Source: Myxococcota bacterium (GTDB lineage Bacteria; Myxococcota_A; SURF-8). Taken from it: a stretch of 64,000 nt of DNA. The notes under the pieces were generated by a model. The model was not told where the DNA came from. It searched no databases and saw nothing but the letters and a program-made list of their open reading frames with translations. Positions 22,436 to 36,119 of this stretch are shown here, piece by piece. Every line of letters starts with the position of its first letter. Positions within the stretch are counted from its first letter, which is position 1. Position numbers and translations under genes: made by a program. Where the stretch lies: contig OZ223209.1 in NCBI GenBank assembly GCA_965140415.1, positions 5,440,001-5,504,000 of the forward strand, given 5' to 3'.

Positions 22436-23149
22436 TTACTCAGTCGGTTTCCAAACCTGCCAGACTTTGCCCGCCAGATCGGGACCGACTTTCAATGTTT
22501 CCTGACCCGGTTCCCAGCCAGCCGGACAAACTTCCGCGCCCTTGGTGGCACGAACATGTTGGAACGCCTGGAGTTGACGGATGGATTCCGTCACTTTGCG
22601 CCCCACCGGCGGGGTTAGAATCTCGATGGCTTGAATCACACCATCCGGGTCGATGATGAAGCGCCCGCGCACATCCACGCCACCAGCTTCATCGTACACT
22701 CCGTAAACCTGACCGATCTTTCCCCCGGCATCGGAAAGCATGGGGAAAGGAAATCCACCGTCAACCATTTTCGACAACTCTTCTTCCTGCCAGATCTTAT
22801 GCACGAAGCGGCTGTCCGTACTACAAGAAAGAACCTGTACGTCTAACTTCTTGAACTCCTCGGCCTTGCCGGCGACCGCCGACAGCTCCGTGGGTCAAAC
22901 GAATGTGAAATCACCCGGATAGAAACAGAGAAACACCCATTTTCCCCGGTAATCGGATAATTTGATGTTTTTGAATCCGCCTTCATGAAAAGCGGTTGCG
23001 CCGAAATCAGGCGCTTCCTTTCCCACCATTACGGGCATGGTCTTCTCCTTTACCGATTCTTGGTTTTGTTGCGTTGCCTCGTTGTCCTTTTTGGGGACGA
23101 TTGGTCCTTCGGCTGTGGCAACACAGCCTTGGGCTTTGTCATCCGGCAT
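22436..23149 (-). CDS. prxU: Selenocysteine-containing 2-Cys-type peroxiredoxin (237 aa; TGA at 22895-22897 read as Sec)
   Basis: The two track ORFs are in one frame; read-through gives [18 protein letters not shown] at the peroxidatic position, plus [10 protein letters not shown] and resolving EVCPAGW. Confidence 0.93.
22867..22884 (-). promoter_or_regulatory. Candidate bacterial SECIS hairpin
   Basis: UGUCGGC-GGUC-GCCGGCA stem-loop; G-initiated loop begins 17 nt after the UGA. Confidence 0.75.
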
Positions 23150-23288
23150 CAGGCCTCCTTTCTTCCGATAGTTGACAGGGTCCAGGTTTCTGGTTCTATT
23201 GCGGCATCTCCTCCAGTGAAATGCCTTTGCGCCTTAATCAGAATTGATTTTGGTGCAATTGTCAATTCATAACAATTTATTGTCGCGT

Positions 23289-26004
<2,716 letters not shown>

Positions 26005-26016
26005 CAGCCCTCTTAT

Positions 26017-26031
26017 TAGTAATCATTACTA
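26017..26031. promoter_or_regulatory. PerR/Fur-type operator, perfect 7-1-7 palindrome
   Basis: TAGTAAT-C-ATTACTA 12 bp upstream of the regulator ATG and downstream of a TTGACA near 26062-26067. Confidence 0.75.
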
Positions 26032-26145
26032 GTTAGGAGCGTATATGTACTAGAGCATTTCTGTCAAGCTGATTATTCCCATTTTAATATCATCATATAA
26101 ATGACTTTTATCTTCATTGCTTTTTGAAATTTCGTGCAAAAACAC

Positions 26146-26177
26146 AAAAAAACGGATGGGCAAAACCCATCCGTTTT
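26146..26177 (-). terminator. Intrinsic terminator of the alpha operon
   Basis: aaaacggatggg-caaaa-cccatccgtttt with U-tract on the minus strand. Confidence 0.9.
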
Positions 26178-26201
26178 ATATGCTCGCTATTTAAGAAGAA
26201 T

Positions 26202-26588
26202 CTATTCTTCTTCGCTACCCGCGCCCTCGTTTTCGTATCCGAGGAATTCAATGAAAGACATCGGTGCGTTATCGCCAGGACGACGTCCTTCCTTGATGAT
26301 GCGGGTGTAACCGCCAGCGCGTTCCTTGAAGCGCGGAGCGTATTCGCCGAACAACTTCTGAACGGCTTCGTTGCCACGCACTTTCTTCGTCACCAAGCGG
26401 CGCGCATGAACCGTGTCTTTCTTGGCCATGGTGATCAAGCGTTCCACGTAAGGACGCAACACTTTCGCCTTGGTATCCGTGGTGCGAATCCGGCCATGTT
26501 CGATCAAAGCGCTCGCCAAGTTGCGCATGAGCGCCTTGCGGTGCGCGGAATTCCGTCCGAGTCTTTTACCAACCTTCTGATGTCGCAT
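26202..26588 (-). CDS. rplQ: 50S ribosomal protein L17
   Basis: [12 protein letters not shown]...TTDTKAK...GGYTRI. Confidence 0.98.
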   Translation of the reverse strand: MRHQKVGKRLGRNSAHRKALMRNLASALIEHGRIRTTDTKAKVLRPYVERLITMAKKDTVHARRLVTKKVRGNEAVQKLFGEYAPRFKERAGGYTRIIKEGRRPGDNAPMSFIEFLGYENEGAGSEEE

Positions 26589-26628
26589 TGCTTGCGCCCT
26601 TTCTCTCTACACCCAAGCCGCGTTACGG

Positions 26629-27618
26629 CTATTGTTTGTCCTTCGGCGGCACGAAACCTTCCAGTTTCATCCCTAACGACAATCCCATCTCCGACAGGAT
26701 TTCTTTTATTTCGTTGAGCGACTTTCTACCGAAATTCTTGGTTTTCAGCATTTCGGCTTCGGTCTTCTGCACCAACTCATAGATAAAACGGATGTTCGCG
26801 TTTTGCAGACAGTTTGCACTGCGCACGGACAATTCCAGTTCATCCACCGAGCGGAGCAGGTTCTTGTTGAATTCTTCCTCACCGCTGACTTCCTCTGGAA
26901 TCTCGGCGTCGATACTTTCATCGAAATTGATGAAGATATTGAGCTGTTCCTTCAGAATTTTTGCGGCCAGCCCAAGCGCGTCGTCCGGACGCACAGAGCC
27001 GTTGGTGGTGATTTCCAGCGTCAGTTTATCGTAGTCGATCACCTGGCCCACACGCGAAGGAGTGACATAGTAGTTCACATCGCGCACCGGGGAGTAATTC
27101 GCATCGATCGGAATGGTGTTGACCGGAAGCTCCATCTCGCTGATGCTGCCGGCTGCCACGAATCCGCGTCCCATGGTAATGGTCAGTTCGATCACCAGAG
27201 AGCCATTCTCACCGATTGTGGCGATATGCTGATCCGGGTTCAGAACCGTTACCAGGTTGTGTTCAATGTCACCGGCCTTGAATTCGCAGGGGCCCTTCTT
27301 TTCGACGAGCACCACGACCTGTTCCGATTCCTCGGCCAGTTTCAAGTCGACCTGCTTCAGATTCAGAATAATCTGAGTGATATCTTCCACGACATCGGGA
27401 ACGGTTGCGAATTCATGCAGAACGCCATCGACTTTGATAGCAGAAATCGCAGCGCCCCTTAAGGACGAGATCAGAATTCGCCGAAGCGAGTTGCCAATCG
27501 TGGTTCCGTATCCGCGCATCATCGGTTCACAGAAGAATTTCCCCTTGCGATCCGTCAGCGACTCACGATCGAACTCAAGATGTTTCGGCTTGATCAGATC
27601 ATGCCAATTCTTATACAT
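26629..27618 (-). CDS. rpoA: RNA polymerase alpha subunit
   Basis: [36 protein letters not shown]. Confidence 0.99.
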   Translation of the reverse strand: MYKNWHDLIKPKHLEFDRESLTDRKGKFFCEPMMRGYGTTIGNSLRRILISSLRGAAISAIKVDGVLHEFATVPDVVEDITQIILNLKQVDLKLAEESEQVVVLVEKKGPCEFKAGDIEHNLVTVLNPDQHIATIGENGSLVIELTITMGRGFVAAGSISEMELPVNTIPIDANYSPVRDVNYYVTPSRVGQVIDYDKLTLEITTNGSVRPDDALGLAAKILKEQLNIFINFDESIDAEIPEEVSGEEEFNKNLLRSVDELELSVRSANCLQNANIRFIYELVQKTEAEMLKTKNFGRKSLNEIKEILSEMGLSLGMKLEGFVPPKDKQ

Positions 27619-27651
27619 GCTCCCTCCTTAAAGGACTCCTATAGGTTAACC

Positions 27652-28284
27652 CTACTTCGAGTAAAGCTCGACGATCAGCCGCTCGTTGATTTCGAGCTGA
27701 ATGTCCTCGCGGCTTGGAAGCTGCTTGATACGACCCTTGTACTCGTTCTTTTCAAGTTCGAGCCAAGCCGGGATCCCGCGGCGTTCGATCGTTTCAAGGT
27801 TCTGATTGATACGCTCAACCTTGCGGCTCTTCTCAATCAGGGTGATTTCGTCGTTTTCCCGCACCTGCATGGAGGGGATGTTCACTCGGCGACCGTTCAG
27901 CATGAAGTGACGGTGGCGCACCAACTGACGAGCTTCCTGACGCGAACTGGCGAAGCCGAGACGATACACGACGTTGTCCAGGCGCTGTTCGAGCAGGCGC
28001 AGCAGGTTTTCACCGGTGATGCCTTTTTTACGATCGGCAATGGCGAAATAATTGCGGAATTGTTTTTCCAGCACACCGTAAATACGACGCACCTTTTGTT
28101 TTTCGCGCAGCTGCAATCCGTATTCCGAGGTCTTATGGCGGCCAAAACCGTGCTCGCCCGGCGGATAGGGGCGGCGCTTCTGTTCCATGGCGCACTTCAT
28201 CGTGAAGCAACGCTCGCCCTTTAAAAACAGTTTCCCGCCTTCGCGACGGCACTGCCGACATTTAGATCCAATATACTTAGCCAA
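27652..28284 (-). CDS. rpsD: 30S ribosomal protein S4 (Zn-motif form)
   Basis: [35 protein letters not shown] start. Confidence 0.98.
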   Translation of the reverse strand: MAKYIGSKCRQCRREGGKLFLKGERCFTMKCAMEQKRRPYPPGEHGFGRHKTSEYGLQLREKQKVRRIYGVLEKQFRNYFAIADRKKGITGENLLRLLEQRLDNVVYRLGFASSRQEARQLVRHRHFMLNGRRVNIPSMQVRENDEITLIEKSRKVERINQNLETIERRGIPAWLELEKNEYKGRIKQLPSREDIQLEINERLIVELYSK

Positions 28285-28313
28285 GGTTTCCTCCTAAGTG
28301 CTGATTTCAGCAA

Positions 28314-28706
28314 TTACACACGGCGACGCTTGGGCGGACGGCAACCGTTATGCGGCACCGCCGTGACGTCACGAATCAGGGTGACTTTCAAACCCACAGC
28401 GCTCAGCGCACGCAAAGCGGCTTCACGACCGCTACCCGGTCCGCGCACGTAAACGGCGACGTTCTGAAGGCCATGCTCCATCGCCTTCTTCGCCGCATCT
28501 TCCGATGCGCTCTGAGCGGCAAACGGCGTGCTCTTACGAGAGCCGCGAAAACCCAACGAACCAGCCGAAGACCAGGAAATCACATTCCCGGAAACGTCGG
28601 AGATCGTGATCAGCGTGTTGTTGAACGACGACGCGATATGCACAATCCCGGACTGGATATTTTTCTTTACTTTCTTGACACGCGCTTTACGCGATGACTT
28701 GGCCAT
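28314..28706 (-). CDS. rpsK: 30S ribosomal protein S11
   Basis: [27 protein letters not shown]. Confidence 0.99.
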   Translation of the reverse strand: MAKSSRKARVKKVKKNIQSGIVHIASSFNNTLITISDVSGNVISWSSAGSLGFRGSRKSTPFAAQSASEDAAKKAMEHGLQNVAVYVRGPGSGREAALRALSAVGLKVTLIRDVTAVPHNGCRPPKRRRV

Positions 28707-28736
28707 AATGCCTCCAAAAGACAGACGGTTGCGTGT

Positions 28737-29102
28737 TTATTTCTTGCGTCCCAGAATACGACGCGGTCCCTTATGGGTGCGCGCGTTGGTATGCGTGCGC
28801 TGACCGTGGCAGGGAAGTCCCCTACGATGCCGCAGTCCGCGGTAGCAGCCCAGATCCATCAGGCGCTTGATATTCATTTGTATTTCTCGGCGCAGATCAC
28901 CTTCCACCGTATATTCTTCATCGAGGATGCGGCGGATTTTTTGTACGTCTGCTTCAGTCAGATCGTCGGACTTCAGGTCCAACTCGATCTGGGCTTTGTT
29001 CAGAATCTCTTTCGCGCGCGACCGGCCAATGCCGTAAATGTAGGTCAACGCGATATCGACCCGCTTTCTTCTGGGCAAATCAACACCAGCAATACGTGCC
29101 AC
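28737..29102 (-). CDS. rpsM: 30S ribosomal protein S13
   Basis: [21 protein letters not shown]. Confidence 0.99.
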   Translation of the reverse strand: MARIAGVDLPRRKRVDIALTYIYGIGRSRAKEILNKAQIELDLKSDDLTEADVQKIRRILDEEYTVEGDLRREIQMNIKRLMDLGCYRGLRHRRGLPCHGQRTHTNARTHKGPRRILGRKK

Positions 29103-29139
29103 TGTTCTCTCCTTCTTGCGGTTATTCCGCTAACGCGAA

Positions 29140-29253
29140 TTAACCTTGAACCTGCTTATGACGGGGATTCACGCAAATCACGCGAACCTTTCCGTTACGC
29201 TTGATAATCTTGCACTTATCACAAATTTTCTTAACAGATGCTCTGACTTTCAT
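29140..29253 (-). CDS. rpmJ: 50S ribosomal protein L36 (37 aa, absent from ORF track)
   Basis: Manual translation [37 protein letters not shown]. Confidence 0.98.
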   Translation of the reverse strand: MKVRASVKKICDKCKIIKRNGKVRVICVNPRHKQVQG

Positions 29254-29292
29254 CGTTCCACTCCTGATATGGCCGTTTGCGGCTATTCCGCG

Positions 29293-30048
29293 TTAGGGCC
29301 TTGATTCCGTCAATATCCGGGGACCATCCTTTGTAATAGCGATGGTGTGCTCCCAATGGGCCGACATCTTTCGGTCCGCCGTGATGGCCGTCCAGCCATC
29401 TTCAAGCACGATCACGTCGTAGGTGCCTTCGTTGATCATCGGTTCGATCGCCAGCACCATACCTTCCTCGAAACGCTTTCCCCGTCCGGCTTTGCCGTAG
29501 TTGGGAATCTGCGGATCTTCATGCAGCGAGCGCCCGATTCCGTGTCCTACGAAATCCCGTACAACCGAAAACCCGTGCGCTTCTACATGCGACTGCACCG
29601 CGTGACCCAAGTCGCCCAGCCGGTTACCCGGCACCATCGTATCGATGGCCTTGTAAAGCGACTCGCGTGTAACCCGGTTGAGCGTTGCCGTCGTTTCGGA
29701 AACCGTTCCAACCGTATGACTGCGAGCGGCATCACCGAACCAGCCATCAATAATCACACCCAAGTCAATGCCGATCAGGTCGCCCTCTTTAAGCACCCGC
29801 TTTTTAGAAGGAATACCATGAACGACTTCTTCGTTGATCGAGGCGCAAAGCGTTCCCGGATATCCCCGGTAGCCTTTGAAGGCCGGAATCGCACCACGGC
29901 TGCGGATGAAACTTTCCGCTTCCTGGTCCAATTCCCAGGTACTGACACCCGGTTCGATCAACGCAGCCACGCGCTCGTGAACTGCCGCCGTAAGTTGTCC
30001 TGCTTCAAAGAGCCGTTCGATTTCATCTGAACTTTTCAGATGGATCAT
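29293..30048 (-). CDS. map: Methionine aminopeptidase type I
   Basis: SINEEVVHGIP, GHGIG..LHEDP, AIEPM, SAHWEHT. Confidence 0.98.
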   Translation of the reverse strand: MIHLKSSDEIERLFEAGQLTAAVHERVAALIEPGVSTWELDQEAESFIRSRGAIPAFKGYRGYPGTLCASINEEVVHGIPSKKRVLKEGDLIGIDLGVIIDGWFGDAARSHTVGTVSETTATLNRVTRESLYKAIDTMVPGNRLGDLGHAVQSHVEAHGFSVVRDFVGHGIGRSLHEDPQIPNYGKAGRGKRFEEGMVLAIEPMINEGTYDVIVLEDGWTAITADRKMSAHWEHTIAITKDGPRILTESRP

Positions 30049-30057
30049 ATCAAAATC

Positions 30058-30702
30058 CTAGCCGCGCAGGGCGTTTGTCACCCGCTCGAACACTTCATCA
30101 AAACCGCCCAAGCCATCTACCTTGCGGGCCAGATTGCGCTCGGTGTAGTAATCCAACAATGGTTTGGTCTGCTTGTGGTATTCCTGCAAACGCACCGAGA
30201 TGGATTCCTCGTTGTCGTCGGAACGCTGGTAAACTTCACCACCGCACAGATCGCACACACCCTCTTTCGCGGGGGGCTTGAACATGACGTGGAATTCGGC
30301 ACCGCACTTCTTGCAGACGCGGCGACCGGTGAGGCGTTTCATCAGTTCCTCGTCGGGAACGATCAGCGCCAGCACGTGGTTCAACTTGCGACCCATTTCG
30401 TCCAACACCTTACCCAGAGCATCCGCCTGGGGAATGGTGCGCGGGAAGCCGTCTAGCAGAAAGCCTTTTTCGCAATCGGCTTGCTTCAGGCGATCCGCCA
30501 CGATGCCCACCACGATCTCATCGGGCACCAACTCACCTTTATCCATATACTCCTTGGCTTTTTTACCCATCTCCGTGCCTTCTTTTACAGCAGCGCGGAA
30601 GATGTCGCCAGTGGAGATCTGCGGCACATCGAAAGCCTTGATCACTCGCTTCGCTTGAGTTCCTTTACCCGCTCCTGGAGGTCCCAAAAATATCAGGTTC
30701 AT
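30058..30702 (-). CDS. adk: Adenylate kinase (Zn-LID)
   Basis: GPPGAGKGTQA, LDGFPRT, CKKC...CDLC. Confidence 0.99.
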   Translation of the reverse strand: MNLIFLGPPGAGKGTQAKRVIKAFDVPQISTGDIFRAAVKEGTEMGKKAKEYMDKGELVPDEIVVGIVADRLKQADCEKGFLLDGFPRTIPQADALGKVLDEMGRKLNHVLALIVPDEELMKRLTGRRVCKKCGAEFHVMFKPPAKEGVCDLCGGEVYQRSDDNEESISVRLQEYHKQTKPLLDYYTERNLARKVDGLGGFDEVFERVTNALRG

Positions 30703-30720
30703 TTCATTCCTCCTAAAGGT

Positions 30721-32043
30721 TTAGCGGCCAGTGCGACGCCCGCGAATACGGGGGCCCTTCGCGCCGGTCAGTCCATCATAGTGCCGCGTGATCAAATGCG
30801 ATTCGATCTGGTTGACGGTGTCCAGCGCGACGCCGACAACGATCAGTAACGCAGTACCACCAAAGTAAAACGGCACGTTCATTTTCTGCTGGAGAATCAT
30901 CGGCAATACGCAGATGATAGAGAGATAGATCGCACCAAGCACCGTAATACGTGTGAGTACAAAATCAATGAACTCGGCGGTTTTCTTGCCGGGACGAATC
31001 CCCGGAATGTAGCCACCGTATTTTTTCATGTTATCCGCCACGTCCATCGGATCGAACTGCACCGCCGTGTAGAAAAAGGCGAAGAAGATGATCATGACGA
31101 CGTACAGCGTGTTGTATACCCAGGAACCGGGGTTCATGGCATCGCTGAACACCTGCACCCAGGGATGATCGATAAAGTTGGCCATCGTCGCCGGGAACAT
31201 GATGATCGAGCTGGCGAAGATCGGCGGAATCACGCCGGAAGTGTTGACTTTCAACGGCAGATGCGTCGTTTGGCCACCGTACATTTTGCGTCCGACGACT
31301 CGCTTGGCGTATTGCACCGGAATGCGGCGCTGCCCTCGTTCCACGATCGTGATGACTCCAATGGTGAGAACCATCAGCACCAGGAATACAACCAGGGTCA
31401 GAGGTTTGATCTGATCACCGGAAATGTAATCGAAGGTCTGCTTGACCGCATTGGGCAGCCGGGCCACGATACCGGAGAAGATGATCAGGGAAATACCGTT
31501 GCCGATACCCTTTTCCGTGATCTGCTCACCCAGCCACATCAGGAAGGCCGTACCGGCAGTCAAGGAGATGACGGTCATCAGGCGGAAGCCCCAACCGGCC
31601 ATTTCGGGATCGACAACGACCTGCTCGCCGATTTTAATCGATTCGAGCCAGGCGGAAATACCGAAACTCTGCATGACGGAAAGGAAAATGGTTCCGTAGC
31701 GTGTGTATTGCGTAATCTTGCGCCGCCCGGCTTCGCCTTCCTTCTTCAACTGCGCCATGTACGGCCAAACAACCGTGAGCAGTTGCAAAATAATGGAAGA
31801 AGAAATGTAGGGCATGATACCCAGCGCGAAAACGGAGACCTGCTCCATCGCACCACCGGTAAACATGTTGAACAGACCGAACAAACCGCCGGCCTGACCC
31901 ATGAACTCCTGCATGACCTGGCGATTGACTCCCGGCGTGGTGATAAAGATCCCCAACCGGTAGACGGCCAACATCGACAGAGCGAACAGGAGCCGACGTT
32001 TTAATTCGGGAACTCGCGCAATATTTGCAAATTGAGTCGCCAC
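30721..32043 (-). CDS. secY: Preprotein translocase SecY
   Basis: [31 protein letters not shown]. Confidence 0.99.
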   Translation of the reverse strand: MATQFANIARVPELKRRLLFALSMLAVYRLGIFITTPGVNRQVMQEFMGQAGGLFGLFNMFTGGAMEQVSVFALGIMPYISSSIILQLLTVVWPYMAQLKKEGEAGRRKITQYTRYGTIFLSVMQSFGISAWLESIKIGEQVVVDPEMAGWGFRLMTVISLTAGTAFLMWLGEQITEKGIGNGISLIIFSGIVARLPNAVKQTFDYISGDQIKPLTLVVFLVLMVLTIGVITIVERGQRRIPVQYAKRVVGRKMYGGQTTHLPLKVNTSGVIPPIFASSIIMFPATMANFIDHPWVQVFSDAMNPGSWVYNTLYVVMIIFFAFFYTAVQFDPMDVADNMKKYGGYIPGIRPGKKTAEFIDFVLTRITVLGAIYLSIICVLPMILQQKMNVPFYFGGTALLIVVGVALDTVNQIESHLITRHYDGLTGAKGPRIRGRRTGR

Positions 32044-32715
32044 TTACCCAATCTCCTCTATTTTACCGCCAACCGCCAGGACCGCTTTACGGGCCGAGCG
32101 AGACACGAAGGGCAAACGGATCGTTTTCGCGGACTTGATCGCACCGCGTTTAACCAGGCGCACCCGCTGCACGTCTTCGGCAACCAGACCCGCCTTTTTC
32201 AGCACGTCCATATCGATGACGCTGTCGGCGAGTTTTTCGATCTTCGAAACTTCAACTTCGAAGGGACGCACGGTCGGTTCGATCAATTCAACGGTACCAC
32301 CAGCCGCCTCGATTTTTTCTTTGGCGCTTTTGGTGATTTTTTCCACACGCACGGTAACCGCACGCGAGATTTCACCGTTGGACAGGATCTTGACGCCGTC
32401 ATGAGCAGCCTTGACCATACCCAGATCCGCCAGCATTTCGGTGTCGATCACATCGCCTTCGATGTCGTTCAAGCTGGAAAGGCTGATCTCGGCCCACTGC
32501 TTACGGAAAATGTTGGTAAAACCGAACTTCGGCAAGCGCCGCTGTAAAGGCATCTGGCCACCTTCGAATCCCGGACGAACGTATCCGCCGGAACGGGCCT
32601 TCTGTCCCTTATGTCCCTTACCGGCTGTTTTACCGCTGCCGGAACCGTGGCCTCTACCAATCCGCTTGCGCGAACGATTCGCGCCTTTCGGTGCGGTGAT
32701 GTCTTTGAGGTTCAT
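32044..32715 (-). CDS. rplO: 50S ribosomal protein L15, 223 aa, with duplicated C-terminal domain
   Basis: RIGRGHGSGSGKT, GFEGGQMPL; residues 151-222 align without gaps to 74-145. Confidence 0.95.
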   Translation of the reverse strand: MNLKDITAPKGANRSRKRIGRGHGSGSGKTAGKGHKGQKARSGGYVRPGFEGGQMPLQRRLPKFGFTNIFRKQWAEISLSSLNDIEGDVIDTEMLADLGMVKAAHDGVKILSNGEISRAVTVRVEKITKSAKEKIEAAGGTVELIEPTVRPFEVEVSKIEKLADSVIDMDVLKKAGLVAEDVQRVRLVKRGAIKSAKTIRLPFVSRSARKAVLAVGGKIEEIG

Positions 32716-32735
32716 CGTCTACACCCTTCGTTTAT

Positions 32736-32963
32736 TTAAGCCTGAGCGCGCTTTACACTGCGACGCGACGGCGTAAGTTCCTCTGTGGTTTCTTCCATCG
32801 TGACCAGGTGCTTGACCTTGAACACCATGCCGCGGATGGCAGGCGTATCTTCGCGAATCACCGTGTGGCGGATTTTACGTAAACCCAAACCTTTGATGAT
32901 TTTCCGTTGATTTTCAGGTCGCCCTACCAGGCTGCGTGTCATCGTGATTTTCAAGTTCGCCAT
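32736..32963 (-). CDS. rpmD: 50S ribosomal protein L30 with C-terminal extension
   Basis: RSLVG...LGLRKI...TPAIRGM..KV.HLV; operon position. Confidence 0.96.
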   Translation of the reverse strand: MANLKITMTRSLVGRPENQRKIIKGLGLRKIRHTVIREDTPAIRGMVFKVKHLVTMEETTEELTPSRRSVKRAQA

Positions 32964-32978
32964 GCCGCTTCTCCTTAC

Positions 32979-33488
32979 CTAACCCAACTGCTCGGGCGTT
33001 TTACCCAAACGCTTGGCGAAGGCTTCCATCGTCGTGAGGTTGTTCAACCCGTCCATCGTCGCACGTACCACATTATGCGGATTACGCGAGCCGATGATCT
33101 TGGACAGGATATTCGGAATACCTGCCGACTCGATGATGGCACGAACCGTACCGCCGGCGATGATTCCCGTACCTGGGGAGGCCGGTTTCAACACGACCCG
33201 GCTCGCTCCATAGCGACCGATGATCTCGTGCGGAATCGACTCTTTCACGATCGGAATCTTCACCATGTCGCGCTTGGCCCGCTCACCCGCTTTACGGATG
33301 GCTTCCGGAACTTCGTTAGCCTTACCTTTGCCAACGCCGACCGAACCGTTACCATCGCCGACCACTACGATCGCGCTAAAGGAAAAACGACGACCACCTT
33401 TGACAACTTTGGCAACTCGGTTGATATGGACGATGCGATCCTGAAATTCATCGTCTGTCGCATTTTGATTTTGTACCATGTTCGCCAC
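32979..33488 (-). CDS. rpsE: 30S ribosomal protein S5
   Basis: [28 protein letters not shown]. Confidence 0.99.
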   Translation of the reverse strand: MANMVQNQNATDDEFQDRIVHINRVAKVVKGGRRFSFSAIVVVGDGNGSVGVGKGKANEVPEAIRKAGERAKRDMVKIPIVKESIPHEIIGRYGASRVVLKPASPGTGIIAGGTVRAIIESAGIPNILSKIIGSRNPHNVVRATMDGLNNLTTMEAFAKRLGKTPEQLG

Positions 33489-33506
33489 GGAATCCTCCTT
33501 CGGCGC

Positions 33507-33959
33507 CTAGAAGTTAAGACCCGCTTTGCGAGCGGCCTCGGCCAGGTTACGCACCCGCCCGTGATACTTGTATCCACTGCGGTCGAACACGACCTTTTCG
33601 ATCTGCTTCGCCTTGCAGCGCTCCGCCAGTACTTCACCCACTTTGCGGGCGATCAGCACGTTGCGGCTGGGAGGCGGCTCGACCTTCTTTTGTTTCTTAC
33701 CCTTGCCTTTGCCTTCGGCCTCTTCTGCCGGAGGTTCGGGAGCCGGAGCACTTTCCAAAGCTTGGATCTGCTCGCGCATCTCACCATCCAGTGATGAAGC
33801 CTGGGCCAGGGTAGCGCCCGTTTCATCATCGATGACCTGGGCGTAAATGTGCTTCAGGCTGCGAAAGACTGTCAAACGCGGACGCTCGACGGTGCCGACA
33901 ACCTTCTTGCGAATTCTACTCTTGCGGTTCAGCCGTTGGGCCGTTTTCTTCGTTGGCAT
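33507..33959 (-). CDS. rplR: 50S ribosomal protein L18 with internal insertion
   Basis: [29 protein letters not shown]. Confidence 0.97.
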   Translation of the reverse strand: MPTKKTAQRLNRKSRIRKKVVGTVERPRLTVFRSLKHIYAQVIDDETGATLAQASSLDGEMREQIQALESAPAPEPPAEEAEGKGKGKKQKKVEPPPSRNVLIARKVGEVLAERCKAKQIEKVVFDRSGYKYHGRVRNLAEAARKAGLNF

Positions 33960-33994
33960 GTTACAATTTCCTCGTCAATAAAGGAAACATTCAA

Positions 33995-34537
33995 TTACTT
34001 ACCGGCTGACTTGCCTGCCTTGCGGCGGACGGTCTCTTCCGTGTACTTGATGCCCTTGCCTTTATAAGGCTCGGGGGGACGCAGGCCACGGATGTTGGCC
34101 GCCGTCTGTCCGAGCAACTGCTTGTCAAAACCTTTTAGAACGATGTGGTTGGTCTTTGCATCCACTTCGCCACTGATGCCTTTAGGCAGTGGGAATGAAA
34201 TGGGATGCGAATAACCCAGCGCGAATTCAATGGCGTTGCCCTTCAATTCGGCCTTGTAACCTACACCGACAATGTCCAGCTCGCGTTTGAAGCCCTCGCT
34301 TACGCCCGTCACCATGTTGGCGAAGAGACTGCGGTAAAGCCCATGGTACGCTCCTGCCTGGCGATCATTGCCGACGCATTCGCAAAGGAGTTGATTATCC
34401 TCGATCTTAACCTGAACTTCCGGACGAAAATCCTGGGTCATCTCACCCAGCGGTCCTTTTACGGTGACGGTCATGCCGTCTACCTTGACTTGGACCTTGT
34501 CCGGAATCGGTATAGGTAGTTTACCAATTCGTGACAT
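33995..34537 (-). CDS. rplF: 50S ribosomal protein L6
   Basis: MSRIGKLPI, PEPYKGKGIKY. Confidence 0.99.
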   Translation of the reverse strand: MSRIGKLPIPIPDKVQVKVDGMTVTVKGPLGEMTQDFRPEVQVKIEDNQLLCECVGNDRQAGAYHGLYRSLFANMVTGVSEGFKRELDIVGVGYKAELKGNAIEFALGYSHPISFPLPKGISGEVDAKTNHIVLKGFDKQLLGQTAANIRGLRPPEPYKGKGIKYTEETVRRKAGKSAGK

Positions 34538-34561
34538 AGCGAACACCTATTTCGTTCGTTG

Positions 34562-34960
34562 TTACCAAATGGAGCAAATCAGCTCTCCGCCAATGTGCTT
34601 CTGCTTCGCCTCACGGTCCGTCATGACACCCTGCGAGGTGGAGATAATGGAAGTTCCCATTCCGTTGCGAACACTGGGAATTCCGTCGCACCTTACATAT
34701 TGCCTGAGTCCCGGCTTGCTCATGCGCTTGATTCCAAGGATCACCGGATCACGGTTCTCCAGATACCGAAGAGAAATCTCCAGCTCTTTGTGGACACCCT
34801 TTTCCGATACCTTGAATCCCTTGATGTACCCTTCTTCTTTCATGATGTTCAGGATACGAACCTTCATGTTGGAAGATGGGCAGCGCACTTTATCCAAACG
34901 CGCCTGGCAGGCGTTACGGATTCGTGTCAGCAGATCGGCGATTGGATCGGTCATGCTCAT
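34562..34960 (-). CDS. rpsH: 30S ribosomal protein S8
   Basis: DPIADLLTRIRNA, SKPGLR, STSQGVMT. Confidence 0.99.
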   Translation of the reverse strand: MSMTDPIADLLTRIRNACQARLDKVRCPSSNMKVRILNIMKEEGYIKGFKVSEKGVHKELEISLRYLENRDPVILGIKRMSKPGLRQYVRCDGIPSVRNGMGTSIISTSQGVMTDREAKQKHIGGELICSIW

Positions 34961-35012
34961 AGTTTCAATCCTCTTTCGTTATCGGCGGCGATTCACCCGC
35001 TTGTCGCCGAAA

Positions 35013-35198
35013 TTACCAGCTCGCCTTGGTCACGCCGGGCAGAAGCCCGAACGATGCGTTATTGCGTAAACAAATGCGGCACATCCCGAATTTACGATGG
35101 TAGCCACGCGGCCTGCCGCAAAGCGGACAGCGGTTATAGCGTCTCACCTTGAACTTCGGTTTTTTGACAGCCTTTACTCTTAAACACGTTTTTGCCAA
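35013..35198 (-). CDS. rpsZ: 30S ribosomal protein S14 type Z
   Basis: 61 aa, RCPLCGR...[12 protein letters not shown]. Confidence 0.97.
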   Translation of the reverse strand: MAKTCLRVKAVKKPKFKVRRYNRCPLCGRPRGYHRKFGMCRICLRNNASFGLLPGVTKASW

Positions 35199-35215
35199 TG
35201 TGGCCTCCCGATACG

Positions 35216-35755
35216 CTAGTGTCTGAACGGCATTCCGAAATGCTTCAGCAATGCCCGTGATTCTTCGTCGGTAATGGCTGTCGTGACGATGGTCACATTC
35301 AAGCCTTTGATCTTATCGATCTTATCGTAGTCGATCTCGGGGAAAATGATTTCCTCGCGGATACCCATGCTGTAATTGCCACGACCGTCGAAAGCCTTTT
35401 TGCTCACACCCTTGAAGTCGCGTACACGAGGCAGGGCGATGTTGACCAGTCGATCGAGGAATTCGTACATGCGAGCGCCGCGCAACGTGACTTTCGCACC
35501 GATCTTCATTCCTTCGCGCAGTTTAAACTGGGCAATCGACTTGCGTGCTTTCGTCACAACCGGGGCTTGGCCGGTAATCGTGCGCAGTTCATCGACAGCG
35601 GATTCCATAACCTTCGGGTTCTGAATGGCTTCACCCAGGCCCATGTTCACTACGATCTTTTCCAGACGTGGAATCTGGAGTTGATTCTTGTAGTTGAAAT
35701 CCTTCATCATCTTTGGGATGATCTGTTCTTTATACAGTTCTCTCAGACGCGCCAT
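35216..35755 (-). CDS. rplE: 50S ribosomal protein L5
   Basis: [24 protein letters not shown]. Confidence 0.99.
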   Translation of the reverse strand: MARLRELYKEQIIPKMMKDFNYKNQLQIPRLEKIVVNMGLGEAIQNPKVMESAVDELRTITGQAPVVTKARKSIAQFKLREGMKIGAKVTLRGARMYEFLDRLVNIALPRVRDFKGVSKKAFDGRGNYSMGIREEIIFPEIDYDKIDKIKGLNVTIVTTAITDEESRALLKHFGMPFRH

Positions 35756-35770
35756 AATAGCAGTCTCCTT

Positions 35771-36094
35771 TTATTCGAACACCTCACCGGTGCGCTTGCA
35801 ACGGCGCATGACTTTGCCATTATCCAGCTTGTGCCGCAGCGCTCGGGTGGGTTTACCATCCTGCGGGCTGATCAGCATGACGTTGGAGGCGTCGATCGGC
35901 GCTTCTTTTTCAATGATGCCACCGGTGGGATACTTCTGATTGGGTTTCTGGTGACGTTTCACCATATTCACGCGCTCCACCAGCACTTTCCCCTTGTCGG
36001 AGTCTACCAAAAGCACCTTGCCCTTGGAGCCCTTTTCGCTTCCAGCGATCACGATCACCGTGTCACCTTTTTTTACGTGCAGCGATTTCGCCAT
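35771..36094 (-). CDS. rplX: 50S ribosomal protein L24
   Basis: [21 protein letters not shown]. Confidence 0.98.
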   Translation of the reverse strand: MAKSLHVKKGDTVIVIAGSEKGSKGKVLLVDSDKGKVLVERVNMVKRHQKPNQKYPTGGIIEKEAPIDASNVMLISPQDGKPTRALRHKLDNGKVMRRCKRTGEVFE

Positions 36095-36119
36095 TTCTTT
36101 CTCCTAGACCTCTGGCCGT

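Noticed and set aside
22436-23149. Two separate ORFs or a peroxiredoxin pseudogene
   Set aside because: TGA at the catalytic position plus a SECIS-like hairpin fits Sec recoding better
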